A program made the position numbers and the translations under genes. Under the pieces are notes generated by a model that was not told where the DNA came from, made no database searches, and worked only from the letters and a program-made list of their open reading frames with translations. Positions 19,248 through 27,596 of a stretch of DNA of 64,000 bases are shown piece by piece (positions within the stretch are counted from its first letter, which is position 1; every line of letters begins with the position of its first letter). This DNA is from a virus: the IMG/VR virus record IMGVR_UViG_3300008954_000022, positions 31,673-95,672 of that record; one strand, 5' to 3'.

Positions 19248-21017
19248 ATGAGTCAAAATCTTTATGACGACGCGATCGCCGAAGCACTCAGACTTGCCGA
19301 TATGGCTGAGGAGAATGCTCGGAACAAGATCATTGATGCAGTAACTCCTAGAATTAGGAGCCTCATTGAGCGTCAACTCCTGGGAGAGGACGATGGTCTG
19401 GATCCCTTGGACGACGAGCTCGAGGACGATGCCCCCGCAGGTGATGAAATACCTGGCGAGGGAGGACCTGAGGTTCTCGATCTAGACGCTGCATCTGATG
19501 ATTTAGCCGTCCCCGAAGCTCCGTCTGATGACCTCGGCATGCCGCCGGCGTCGCTAGAGCCGATGGGAGCACCTGTTGATCTAGCACTTCCAGGGGATGA
19601 TGATGCTGATGCAGCATCGGTCTCTGTAACACCTGACGGTGAAGTGGAGGTATCAGTAGGCGACATCAGTATTGAGGTCGACACTTCATCGGATGAGGGG
19701 GGCTTTGAGGATGAGGACGACCTCCTTCTCGGCCAAGAGGTCGCCGAGGCCCTGGCTCGTATGGTCTCACAAAGTACAACAGGACGACAGCGACTCCAGA
19801 AGAGAATTAAACTTCTTGAGTCTAGAATCAAAGTTTTAAGAAAAGCCCTGCCAATTGCCAAGAGGGCAGGTTCGACAAATAGACAGCGTCAACGAATAGC
19901 CCAGATTTTTGAATCCCTGGCACGTGAGGCAGTCATTTTGCGACGGCAGGTAATACTTACAGAGCAGGATACAGGAGGAACACTCCTAGAAAAAGCTCGC
20001 ATCAATTCTGTGATTAAGGAGATGAAGCAAATGTCAAGGCGTAGAAACAGGAACATCTTCGATTTTCTCTTCGAACAAGAAGAGGACCTCGAACTCGCAC
20101 CCGAGGAGGGGGAAGCCGTTGAAGGCGAAGAGGCACCGTTAGAGGAGCCAGATATCGACGCAGCGGAAGACGCCCTACTCGATCTAGGTGACGCACTCGG
20201 CCTTGAGGTCGAAGTACTGCCCCCAGAGGGCGAAGAGGGTGAAGAGGGTGAAGAGGCTCCTGAAGATGAGCTCGATCTCGAAGAAACCTATGAAATCGAT
20301 GAGGCAATGCTTCGTCGGGAGCTTCGTAGAATTCGTAAGCTTAATGAGAACGATCCAGTCGACGGCTCCGGAGACTCCTCGTTTGGCGGCGGTGACGCCG
20401 AAGACGAGCCCTTCGTAGAGGTAGATGAGGACGACCTTCTCAATGCCCTGGCCGACGAGCTTGGAGATGCTCCAGTTCCTGACGCCGGCGGTGGACAGCC
20501 TCCCGGACACGACGCGATGCCAGAGTCTTATAGAAGGAGACGCGCACGCGTGCGAAGGATGCGTGAGGCAGCACGACGACGTGCCAGCGCTCGAGGACGA
20601 CGACCAGTCGCCCGACGTAGCACCGGTGGAAGACGTAGTGCCGCTGGTGGTCGACAGATCGCCGAGTATCGCAAGGTGGTGAGTGCACTCAAGGGGCAAC
20701 TTACCGAAATGAATCTTTTCAATGCGAAGCTGCTTTATGCAAACAAGCTAATCCAGAATCGCAATCTAACAGCTAAGCAGCAAAGAGCAATAGTCGAGGC
20801 CCTGGATAATGCCAAGACGCTCCGCGAGGCAAAGCTTCTTTACAAGAGCTTGACTTCTTCGCTCAAGAAGGTCTCCAGGAAGAACCTTCAAGAGGGACGT
20901 AGCTCAAGATCGCTCGGATCATCCTCCAGATCAACCCGGTCGGCTTCGCCGTCCAACAGTGGGAATGAGGTGGATCGATGGGCAGTCCTCGCCGGTATTG
21001 ACAACGGTGGGAACTAA
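19248..21017 (+). CDS. Prohead scaffold/core protein (T4 gp22 position)
   Basis: Directly upstream of the major capsid gene. Very acidic segments with many (L/I)-x-E sites; coiled-coil C-terminus (LTEMNLFNAKLLYANKL...DRWAVLAGI); GAGGA SD before ATG 19248. Confidence 0.75.
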   Translation: MSQNLYDDAIAEALRLADMAEENARNKIIDAVTPRIRSLIERQLLGEDDGLDPLDDELEDDAPAGDEIPGEGGPEVLDLDAASDDLAVPEAPSDDLGMPPASLEPMGAPVDLALPGDDDADAASVSVTPDGEVEVSVGDISIEVDTSSDEGGFEDEDDLLLGQEVAEALARMVSQSTTGRQRLQKRIKLLESRIKVLRKALPIAKRAGSTNRQRQRIAQIFESLAREAVILRRQVILTEQDTGGTLLEKARINSVIKEMKQMSRRRNRNIFDFLFEQEEDLELAPEEGEAVEGEEAPLEEPDIDAAEDALLDLGDALGLEVEVLPPEGEEGEEGEEAPEDELDLEETYEIDEAMLRRELRRIRKLNENDPVDGSGDSSFGGGDAEDEPFVEVDEDDLLNALADELGDAPVPDAGGGQPPGHDAMPESYRRRRARVRRMREAARRRASARGRRPVARRSTGGRRSAAGGRQIAEYRKVVSALKGQLTEMNLFNAKLLYANKLIQNRNLTAKQQRAIVEALDNAKTLREAKLLYKSLTSSLKKVSRKNLQEGRSSRSLGSSSRSTRSASPSNSGNEVDRWAVLAGIDNGGN

Positions 21018-21053
21018 TCGAACTACTGAAATAGGACTTTTAAGGAGAAACAA

Positions 21054-22943
21054 ATGTCCAAGAATTTTACACTTGATCAACTAACAGAGGGCATCCGGCA
21101 GCGGCACCTCGGTTCTCAGAACCGTCGTCTCGTTGAGAAGTGGGCCCGCACCGGCCTCCTCCGTGGCCTTGAGGGTGTTCATCGAGAGAACATGTCCAGA
21201 ATGCTTGAAAACCAGGCTGGCCAGCTACTCCGTGAGCGTTCCACCCTGTCCACAGGAGCCAGCGCCCTAACCAACGCAAATGACATTGCGGGATTCACCA
21301 ACGTGGCATTCCCAATCGTCCGCCGCGTGTTCGGCGGCCTGGTAGCCAATGAGCTGGTTTCTATCCAGCCCATGAGCCTACCTTCCGGCCTGCTGTTCTA
21401 CCTCGACTACCAGTATGGCTCTGATGGCGGCGCTGATGCCTCCTCAACAGAGGCAGTCTACAGTCAGGGAGACTCCATCTATAACAGCCCAACCGGCAAG
21501 GGCGTACGCTCCGGTTCACTAGGAACCGGCGGCCAGTACGACCTCGCAGGCAGTGGCTTCTCGCGCGTACACAGCAATACAGACCTGGATGCTGATATTT
21601 TCCTCGCTTCCGGTTCGTATGTGGGTGCTGCTTCAGCCGGCGGAAACTGGTCTGATGGTGGCAAGCTTCACGCGACGGGATCTGATGGCAAGCTTCTCCA
21701 GTTCGATCCACAGATCGCTGCGCTGATTGAGGATGACCCCAATCGAGCGAACACTGGACAGTTCCAGGCAGTTGTCCTCAATCTGGGTAACGCCTGCTTC
21801 TCCAATGCGGACCTCACCCTGGTGAAGGACATTGCGCTTCACTTCGGTGCTGCATCACCCAGCTCTGCATCCGGTCTTCCCAAGACGGTTCAGGGCGGTG
21901 TCGGTATCGTCAATGTGCGACGCCTCAACCAGATTGGAACGTGGACGAACAACGTGTTCACTGCTGATCCTCTCGTTAATCGGGCATCCACCGGTGCAGC
22001 TCTGATGGCTGTTATCTCCGGATCGATGCTTGATGATGCAGATCGTCAGAAGCTTGAGGTCTCCGTCGTTCTGGATTCCGCATTGAACGCCTCGAACGGT
22101 GAGACCCTTGTGGTTCCCGCCTTTGAGTCGGACTTCGGTGCAACACCAACTCCGGCAATCCCAGAGATCGATATCAAGATCGAGTCGATCGCTGTGACAG
22201 CGGTAACCAGAAAGCTGCGTGCCAAGTGGTCACCAGAACTCGCTCAGGACCTGAACGCCTACCACAGCCTCGACGCTGAGGTGGAGCTAACCCAGATCCT
22301 CTCCGAGCAGATCGCCCTAGAGTTGGACCGAGAGATTCTCAACGACCTGCTCACCCAGGCGAATGGTGCAAACCTCTACTGGAGTCGTGCACCTGGTAAG
22401 TTCGTCAACAAGGAGTCTGGCGCTGAGATCAATCAGAGCTCCAGTCTCGCTCCTGGACCCTCCTTCACGGGAACCGTCCGCGAGTGGTATGAGACTCTCA
22501 TTGAGACCGTCATTGACGTGGCAAACACCATTCATCGCAAGACGCTGCGTGGTTCTGCTAACTTCGTCGTGGTCGGTCCCGATGTGGCGACTATCCTTGA
22601 GGCATCGGTCTTCTATCGTCCGTCCTACACCCTAGACGGTGAGGGACAGGTCAGTGGTCCGATCTCCCTGGGAGCCGAGAAGGTCGGTACCCTGAGCAAT
22701 CGTTTCACGGTCTACAAGGACCCCTACTTCCCACGCAACAAGATTCTTGTTGGTTACAAGGGTGGTAGCTACCTTGAGACGGGATACGTCTACGCTCCGT
22801 ACGTGCCGCTTATCGTCACCCCGACGATCTTCGCACCCGAGGACTTCACTCCTCGCAAGGGCGTGATGACCCGTTACGGCAAGAAGATGGTTCGTTCCGA
22901 TTTCTACGGAACAGTGACACTCATGGATATGAACGTCATCTAG
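21054..22943 (+). CDS. Major capsid protein (T4 gp23-like)
   Basis: KWARTGLLRGL, FPIVRRVF..LVANELVSIQPM..PSGLLFYL, TRKLRAKWSPELAQDLNAYH.LDAEVEL, GYKG, YAPYVPL and FTPRKGVMTRY. Confidence 0.95.
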   Translation: MSKNFTLDQLTEGIRQRHLGSQNRRLVEKWARTGLLRGLEGVHRENMSRMLENQAGQLLRERSTLSTGASALTNANDIAGFTNVAFPIVRRVFGGLVANELVSIQPMSLPSGLLFYLDYQYGSDGGADASSTEAVYSQGDSIYNSPTGKGVRSGSLGTGGQYDLAGSGFSRVHSNTDLDADIFLASGSYVGAASAGGNWSDGGKLHATGSDGKLLQFDPQIAALIEDDPNRANTGQFQAVVLNLGNACFSNADLTLVKDIALHFGAASPSSASGLPKTVQGGVGIVNVRRLNQIGTWTNNVFTADPLVNRASTGAALMAVISGSMLDDADRQKLEVSVVLDSALNASNGETLVVPAFESDFGATPTPAIPEIDIKIESIAVTAVTRKLRAKWSPELAQDLNAYHSLDAEVELTQILSEQIALELDREILNDLLTQANGANLYWSRAPGKFVNKESGAEINQSSSLAPGPSFTGTVREWYETLIETVIDVANTIHRKTLRGSANFVVVGPDVATILEASVFYRPSYTLDGEGQVSGPISLGAEKVGTLSNRFTVYKDPYFPRNKILVGYKGGSYLETGYVYAPYVPLIVTPTIFAPEDFTPRKGVMTRYGKKMVRSDFYGTVTLMDMNVI

Positions 22944-22974
22944 ACCAAGTCCAGTTGATCCTCGGATCATGATC

Positions 22975-23010
22975 AGGGGCGCTTCCTTTGGAAGCGTCCC
23001 TTTTCTTTTT
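22975..23010 (+). terminator. Rho-independent terminator after the major capsid gene
   Basis: Stem-loop AGGGGCGCTTCC-TTT-GGAAGCGTCCCT followed by TTTCTTTTT. Confidence 0.85.
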
Positions 23011-23036
23011 CCCTCCGAGGGCGATAGTTATGTGGT

Positions 23037-23288
23037 ATGGATAAGTGTGACTCCAAGAAAGGCCGCGCATCACTCAAGAAGCTGAGAGAGCTCACTAGCT
23101 CCCTCAACGATAGAGATAGCCAGCTAAAGAAGAACGCGAAAACCCTCTGGGTTGTTATAGAGTCACTCAGGGAAGTCCGAAATTTACTTTCCGACGAGAG
23201 CCCCGATATTCCGTGTGTTGTTGAACGTATTGAGTCAGTTCTAGGGTTAGTTGAAACACACGGATGTAAGAGGGTTTGTGATGAGTGA
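23037..23288 (+). CDS. Hypothetical small coiled-coil protein
   Basis: 83 aa; ATAGTTA motif ends 6 nt before the ATG. Confidence 0.5.
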   Translation: MDKCDSKKGRASLKKLRELTSSLNDRDSQLKKNAKTLWVVIESLREVRNLLSDESPDIPCVVERIESVLGLVETHGCKRVCDE

Positions 23289-23610
23289 TGATACGCAGAA
23301 TGGCTGGAATGAGTATTCGAGATTGGTGCTTAAGGAACTGGAGTCACTGGCAGAGAATATATCTGCTCTAAACAAGGAAATACAGGAGCTCAAGCAAGAG
23401 ATTGCCCAGATGAGAGCCAAGGAAGATCGCGTCGAAGATCTCAAAGCATGGAAAGAGAAGGTCGATGAGGTTGCATCGCCGACACAGCTCAAGGAGCTGA
23501 TGGACGAGGTACAATCTCTCAAGATATTCAAGACAAAGGCAATCACAGTGTTTGCAGTCATACAGTTTGGTATGGCGGCATCAATGTGGCTGCTTAAAAT
23601 AGTCTCTTAA
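23281..23610 (+). CDS. Coiled-coil protein with C-terminal transmembrane helix (holin-like candidate)
   Basis: From ATG 23281: heptad coiled coil, then the hydrophobic segment AITVFAVIQFGMAASMWLL. Confidence 0.5.
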   Translation: MSDDTQNGWNEYSRLVLKELESLAENISALNKEIQELKQEIAQMRAKEDRVEDLKAWKEKVDEVASPTQLKELMDEVQSLKIFKTKAITVFAVIQFGMAASMWLLKIVS

Positions 23611-23625
23611 GAGAGAGGAGAGAAA

Positions 23626-23868
23626 ATGCCCGCAAAGAGTTTAACACCAAAGAAGGCTGCCAAGACAAAGTCAACCCCGACTAAAAAGGCCGTCAAGACC
23701 ACTTCCGCATCGGAGGTGAAGGCACTACGCACAGAGGTTAATGATCTCAAAGCACGCCTAGATTCACTAACTCACGTGTTACACACAGAATTTAGAACCC
23801 AGATGCGACATGGCACTCGACATGTTGCTAAGCGTCTGGCCCAAGAGGGGCTGGTCGACAACGACTAG
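23626..23868 (+). CDS. Hypothetical protein with Lys/Ala/Thr-rich N-terminus and coiled coil
   Basis: GAGGAG SD sequence; PKKAAKTKSTPTKKAVKT (histone-tail-like composition). Confidence 0.55.
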   Translation: MPAKSLTPKKAAKTKSTPTKKAVKTTSASEVKALRTEVNDLKARLDSLTHVLHTEFRTQMRHGTRHVAKRLAQEGLVDND

Positions 23869-23952
23869 CGCGATAACCTTAACATCAGATATTTTGAGGC
23901 TAAAATCAATTGAAGAGGCTTTACCTCTTGTGTCTGATAGGATTTTAAGAAA

Positions 23953-24150
23953 ATGTCAACATTCGAAAACGATCAGGTAGCTGCTCTTAATACGCTTATT
24001 GCTGTCGCACAAAGGGCCCAATCCCGCGGCGTGCTTTCGCTCGATGAGGCAGCTGCTACCCTTGCTGCAATTCGTGTCTTTGTTCCTGCTGAGGCGCCTG
24101 CTGATGGCGCCGCCGCGGATGAGACCCAAGATAATTCTTCCGAAGAGTAG
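23953..24150 (+). CDS. Small hypothetical protein
   Basis: AGGA upstream; TTAACA-N16-TAAAAT at 23879-23906; followed by a hairpin and T-tract. Confidence 0.6.
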   Translation: MSTFENDQVAALNTLIAVAQRAQSRGVLSLDEAAATLAAIRVFVPAEAPADGAAADETQDNSSEE

Positions 24151-24185
24151 CAAGCTCTAGGGTTATCCCAACCATCGCCAGGCGG

Positions 24186-24214
24186 AGTGTCACTAAATTA
24201 CATGGCACTTTTTT
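24186..24214 (+). terminator. Possible weak intrinsic terminator
   Basis: AGTGTCA-N10-TGGCACT followed by TTTTT. Confidence 0.4.
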
Positions 24215-24287
24215 CTTAGGCCTCTGACGTCACCCTCTGACTCACATATTTAGTGATGTTAGATGAAGGACTACGTCGGAGACTTAC

Positions 24288-25460
24288 ATGGCAACATTTG
24301 CAGATACACTGAATCCAACGCCCTTTGGGCTCTTTGATTCTGACGGTAATTTTCAGCTTGAGGCTGACGCTATGGTGACCTTTGTAAAGAGGAAGCTGGG
24401 TGATGATATTCTCAGCGTCGAGCTGACCAAGAAGCAGGTGTGGGCGTGCTTTGAGGAGTCGTTCTGTGAGTACGGCTCAATAATCAATCAGTATCAAGCT
24501 CGTTCCCAGCTGGCAAATCTCCTCGGCGCGCCTACAGGATCGTTCCTATCAGGCACGGAACAGAAGTTTCCCAGGGAAAATCTGGAGTTTATGCTCCGCC
24601 GCGGCGAGCCGTATGCCATGGAGGCCGGTCTCGGAGGCTCCTACAATACGATATCAGGTAGTATCTCTCTGGAGAAGAATAGGCAGGACTACGATATCTA
24701 CACAGAGCTCAAGGATGAGGATGGTAATCTAATCACAGCTAATGCTGCCAACAGTCCACAGACTAAGATGAAGATAATGGAGGTGTTCCACTTCTCTCCT
24801 CATGCAGCTTACAGGTTCTTTGACACATCATCAGCTATCAACTATCTCAACAATGAATTCTCATTTGAGTCGTTCACTCCGGAGACTGTTTTCTACGTCC
24901 TTCCGGTCTTTGAGGATGTGCTGAGGGGAGGGATGTTAAGCATGTCGTCCAAGGTGCGTCGTTCGAACTATTCCTACAAGATCGTGGGAACCAAGATACG
25001 TCTCTTTCCAATGCCCACGTCCTCTGATCCAAAGAAGCTGTGGATTCGTATTGCGTTCTCACCAGATCCCCTGCACCCAGGTTACACAGATGATACGATA
25101 TATGGAGTCAGCAATCTCTCCAATGTTCCCTTTGGTGATCTGCTGTACGCTAGGGTCAATAGCATTGGGAGACAGTGGGTTAGACAGTACACACTCGCAC
25201 TCTGCAAGGAGCTTCTCGGTTTAGTGAGGTCTAAGTTCTCCAGCATTCCTATCCCTGGCTCCGATCTAACACTCAATGGCACAGACCTGGTAACACAGGG
25301 CAGGGAGGAGCAGGAGAATCTCAAGACAAAATTATCTGAGATGCTCACAGAGCTGACGTATGACAAGATGCTGGAATCGGAGGCCTCGGCCGCCGAGAAC
25401 CTGCAGAGAATTCTTAGACAGATACCCATACCCAATGGTAAAGCCATCATAATGGGCTAA
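24288..25460 (+). CDS. Neck/head-tail adaptor protein (T4 gp13-like)
   Basis: FVKRKLGDDILSVELT and QWVRQYTLALCKELLG.VRSKFSSIPIPG..LTLNG..L..QG.EE. Confidence 0.8.
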   Translation: MATFADTLNPTPFGLFDSDGNFQLEADAMVTFVKRKLGDDILSVELTKKQVWACFEESFCEYGSIINQYQARSQLANLLGAPTGSFLSGTEQKFPRENLEFMLRRGEPYAMEAGLGGSYNTISGSISLEKNRQDYDIYTELKDEDGNLITANAANSPQTKMKIMEVFHFSPHAAYRFFDTSSAINYLNNEFSFESFTPETVFYVLPVFEDVLRGGMLSMSSKVRRSNYSYKIVGTKIRLFPMPTSSDPKKLWIRIAFSPDPLHPGYTDDTIYGVSNLSNVPFGDLLYARVNSIGRQWVRQYTLALCKELLGLVRSKFSSIPIPGSDLTLNGTDLVTQGREEQENLKTKLSEMLTELTYDKMLESEASAAENLQRILRQIPIPNGKAIIMG

Positions 25461-25471
25461 GGAGCACTTAG

Positions 25472-26134
25472 GTGGCAAGACTTTTCATTACACCCCGAGA
25501 GATCGATTTTATCTCCGACATAACAAAGGAGATAACCAAGGATGTCATGGGACAGAAGATCTACTACTACCACGTGAGGGAGGACCTCACGGAGGTACAC
25601 GAGATCTACGAGGAGGCCATTGACAAGGTCTTTGATCCCCCGATTGAGATGGAGGGAATGGTAGAGTGGCAACCTGAGGAGTTCTCAACCACACGATACG
25701 GCAGTGAGGAGTCAACAAAGATAAGTGTCTACCTCCACGCGAGGGACCTTCTCGACAAGGACCTCGAGGCGAAGGAGGGAGATTATTTTAGCTATGGGAC
25801 AGTGTTCTTTGAGGTGACATCAGTGATTGCTGACAAGCAGATATTCGGTCAGGTGGAGCATCTCACAGGATTCAAGATAGCGGGTGTCCAGGCCCGTGAG
25901 GGACAGATAAATGTGAGGCCTCACGGCCCACTTTCAGAGTCACTCACTGACGAAGATGCTGTACAGACAACGTTCGCGCAGCAACGCGGGGCCCCGGAAA
26001 ACAGTCTGGGTGAGACAGGAGACGTGAGGCAGCTCCAGGCAAATGGCAAGCTAGATAAACCAATTACGGGACCAAAAGAGGTTGCAAGTAAGGGTGGAAT
26101 AGCAACCACAGATTCGTCATTCTACGGTGATTAG
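25472..26134 (+). CDS. Head closure/neck protein (T4 gp14-like)
   Basis: Position after the gp13-like gene; GQKIYYY..IYEEA..K.FD.PIE and EGDYF. Confidence 0.65.
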   Translation: MARLFITPREIDFISDITKEITKDVMGQKIYYYHVREDLTEVHEIYEEAIDKVFDPPIEMEGMVEWQPEEFSTTRYGSEESTKISVYLHARDLLDKDLEAKEGDYFSYGTVFFEVTSVIADKQIFGQVEHLTGFKIAGVQAREGQINVRPHGPLSESLTDEDAVQTTFAQQRGAPENSLGETGDVRQLQANGKLDKPITGPKEVASKGGIATTDSSFYGD

Positions 26135-26152
26135 TGAGAGAGGGAGGATATT

Positions 26153-27517
26153 ATGACGACTAGACACGATAAGGCCACGATGACAGGAGACTTCATCCGC
26201 AGTGGCTACGAGGGTTTTGACACTCCCGATGACTTCACCATTCCACCCTGCACAATAGAGGATGTGGATCGCGCTGTCTTTCATCTCTTCGACAAGAAAA
26301 TACCCTTTCAGTATAAACGTCGTGAGGAAGTAAAGAGTGTGCCTGTTATCTTCGCTACTGGAGAGCGTTTTGCTGTGCTCCGAAGAAAGAGGCCGCTTCG
26401 TGATAAGAATAATGCACTAATTCTCCCACTAGTGTCCATCTTAAGGTCAGGGGTGACCCAAGATTCTAACCCAGGAATGGGACCGGGCCAGGGTGGCCCG
26501 CAGATGATTAAGAAAAGAATCTCGAAAGAGTCAGATGTCTATCAGCGCCTAATGAACACACATGGTCTAGTCAATCAGGATAGTGTTGCTGCAGTAGGAC
26601 ACAGGGTCGCCACAGGTCCTGTGACAGGATCCCTACCTGGTACAGTGGCCAAGCGCGAGGGTAACACCCAGCAGTCACTGAGCAGCCGCCGTGGGCATCT
26701 TCTGACACCCTCCCTCGGGTCTGACGTCTACGAGATCTTGACGATGCCTCCTGTCAAGTACTACACTGTCACCTACGATGTGACCTTCTGGGCTCAGTAT
26801 ACCCAGGAGATGAACGACATGCTTATGACGATGATGAGTGTGTATCAGGACAATAGACGCAGAACGTTCAAACTAGTAACAGATAAAGGGTACTGGTTTG
26901 TGGCATACGTCGGTGCTGATCTCTCACCCGGCAATAACTATGATGACTTCACCGACTCAGAGCGTCTTGTGCGCTACAACTTTGAAGTTCGAGTGACAGC
27001 TTACTTGATAGCACCTGACTACTCTGGGGCCCCAGCGCCCATACGAAGGTTTATATCCGCACCATCCGTATCATTTGAGACGACGCAAGTAGCAGGACCA
27101 ACTGTGGGGATACCTATCAGCACACCTCCCTCTGGAGATCCGAGTGCTTATATTCTGGATGATCTGGCAACCACAGACGATCCCAACCCTGGCCAGGGAA
27201 TGGGAACAGACTCCAGTCAGGCAGCTGTCTCCCTTGCGGGAGGTAGATTGGCAGGATCTGCGCCATCAGCTCAGGAGGGATCTGTAGTTGGTAGCAAAGT
27301 ATCTGTTCAGCGAGGACTCACCGCTTCTGAGAAGGCTTCTGGCGCGAATCTTGGAGGCTTCAATTCCGGGCCCGCGGGAGTCAATCTCGTGAGGTCAGAG
27401 AAGGACCCATTTACGGGTAAACAGAGAAAGACAATCATTCGAATTAAGTCCCGAAATCAAAGAAAGGGAGAGACCGTTTATCGTGAAGGAATAAATATCG
27501 ATCTAGGAAAGCTCTAA
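26153..27517 (+). CDS. Tail terminator/completion protein (T4 gp15-like)
   Basis: IEDVDRAV, VPVIFATGERF, LILPLVSI.RS and YYTVTYDVTFWAQY..EMN; lies upstream of the sheath genes. Confidence 0.65.
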   Translation: MTTRHDKATMTGDFIRSGYEGFDTPDDFTIPPCTIEDVDRAVFHLFDKKIPFQYKRREEVKSVPVIFATGERFAVLRRKRPLRDKNNALILPLVSILRSGVTQDSNPGMGPGQGGPQMIKKRISKESDVYQRLMNTHGLVNQDSVAAVGHRVATGPVTGSLPGTVAKREGNTQQSLSSRRGHLLTPSLGSDVYEILTMPPVKYYTVTYDVTFWAQYTQEMNDMLMTMMSVYQDNRRRTFKLVTDKGYWFVAYVGADLSPGNNYDDFTDSERLVRYNFEVRVTAYLIAPDYSGAPAPIRRFISAPSVSFETTQVAGPTVGIPISTPPSGDPSAYILDDLATTDDPNPGQGMGTDSSQAAVSLAGGRLAGSAPSAQEGSVVGSKVSVQRGLTASEKASGANLGGFNSGPAGVNLVRSEKDPFTGKQRKTIIRIKSRNQRKGETVYREGINIDLGKL

Positions 27518-27596
27518 CTACCCCATACGAAGGGGAACTTTGGGCGCGCCCTCAATACTTATCCTACGATGACATGAGTCTAAGGAGATACATTCA

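Noticed and set aside
24151-24287. Possible tRNA or ncRNA in one of the larger intergenic gaps
   Set aside because: No cloverleaf or T-loop; explained by a weak terminator and the ATATTTA motif. No tRNA genes or CRISPR arrays were seen anywhere in the window.
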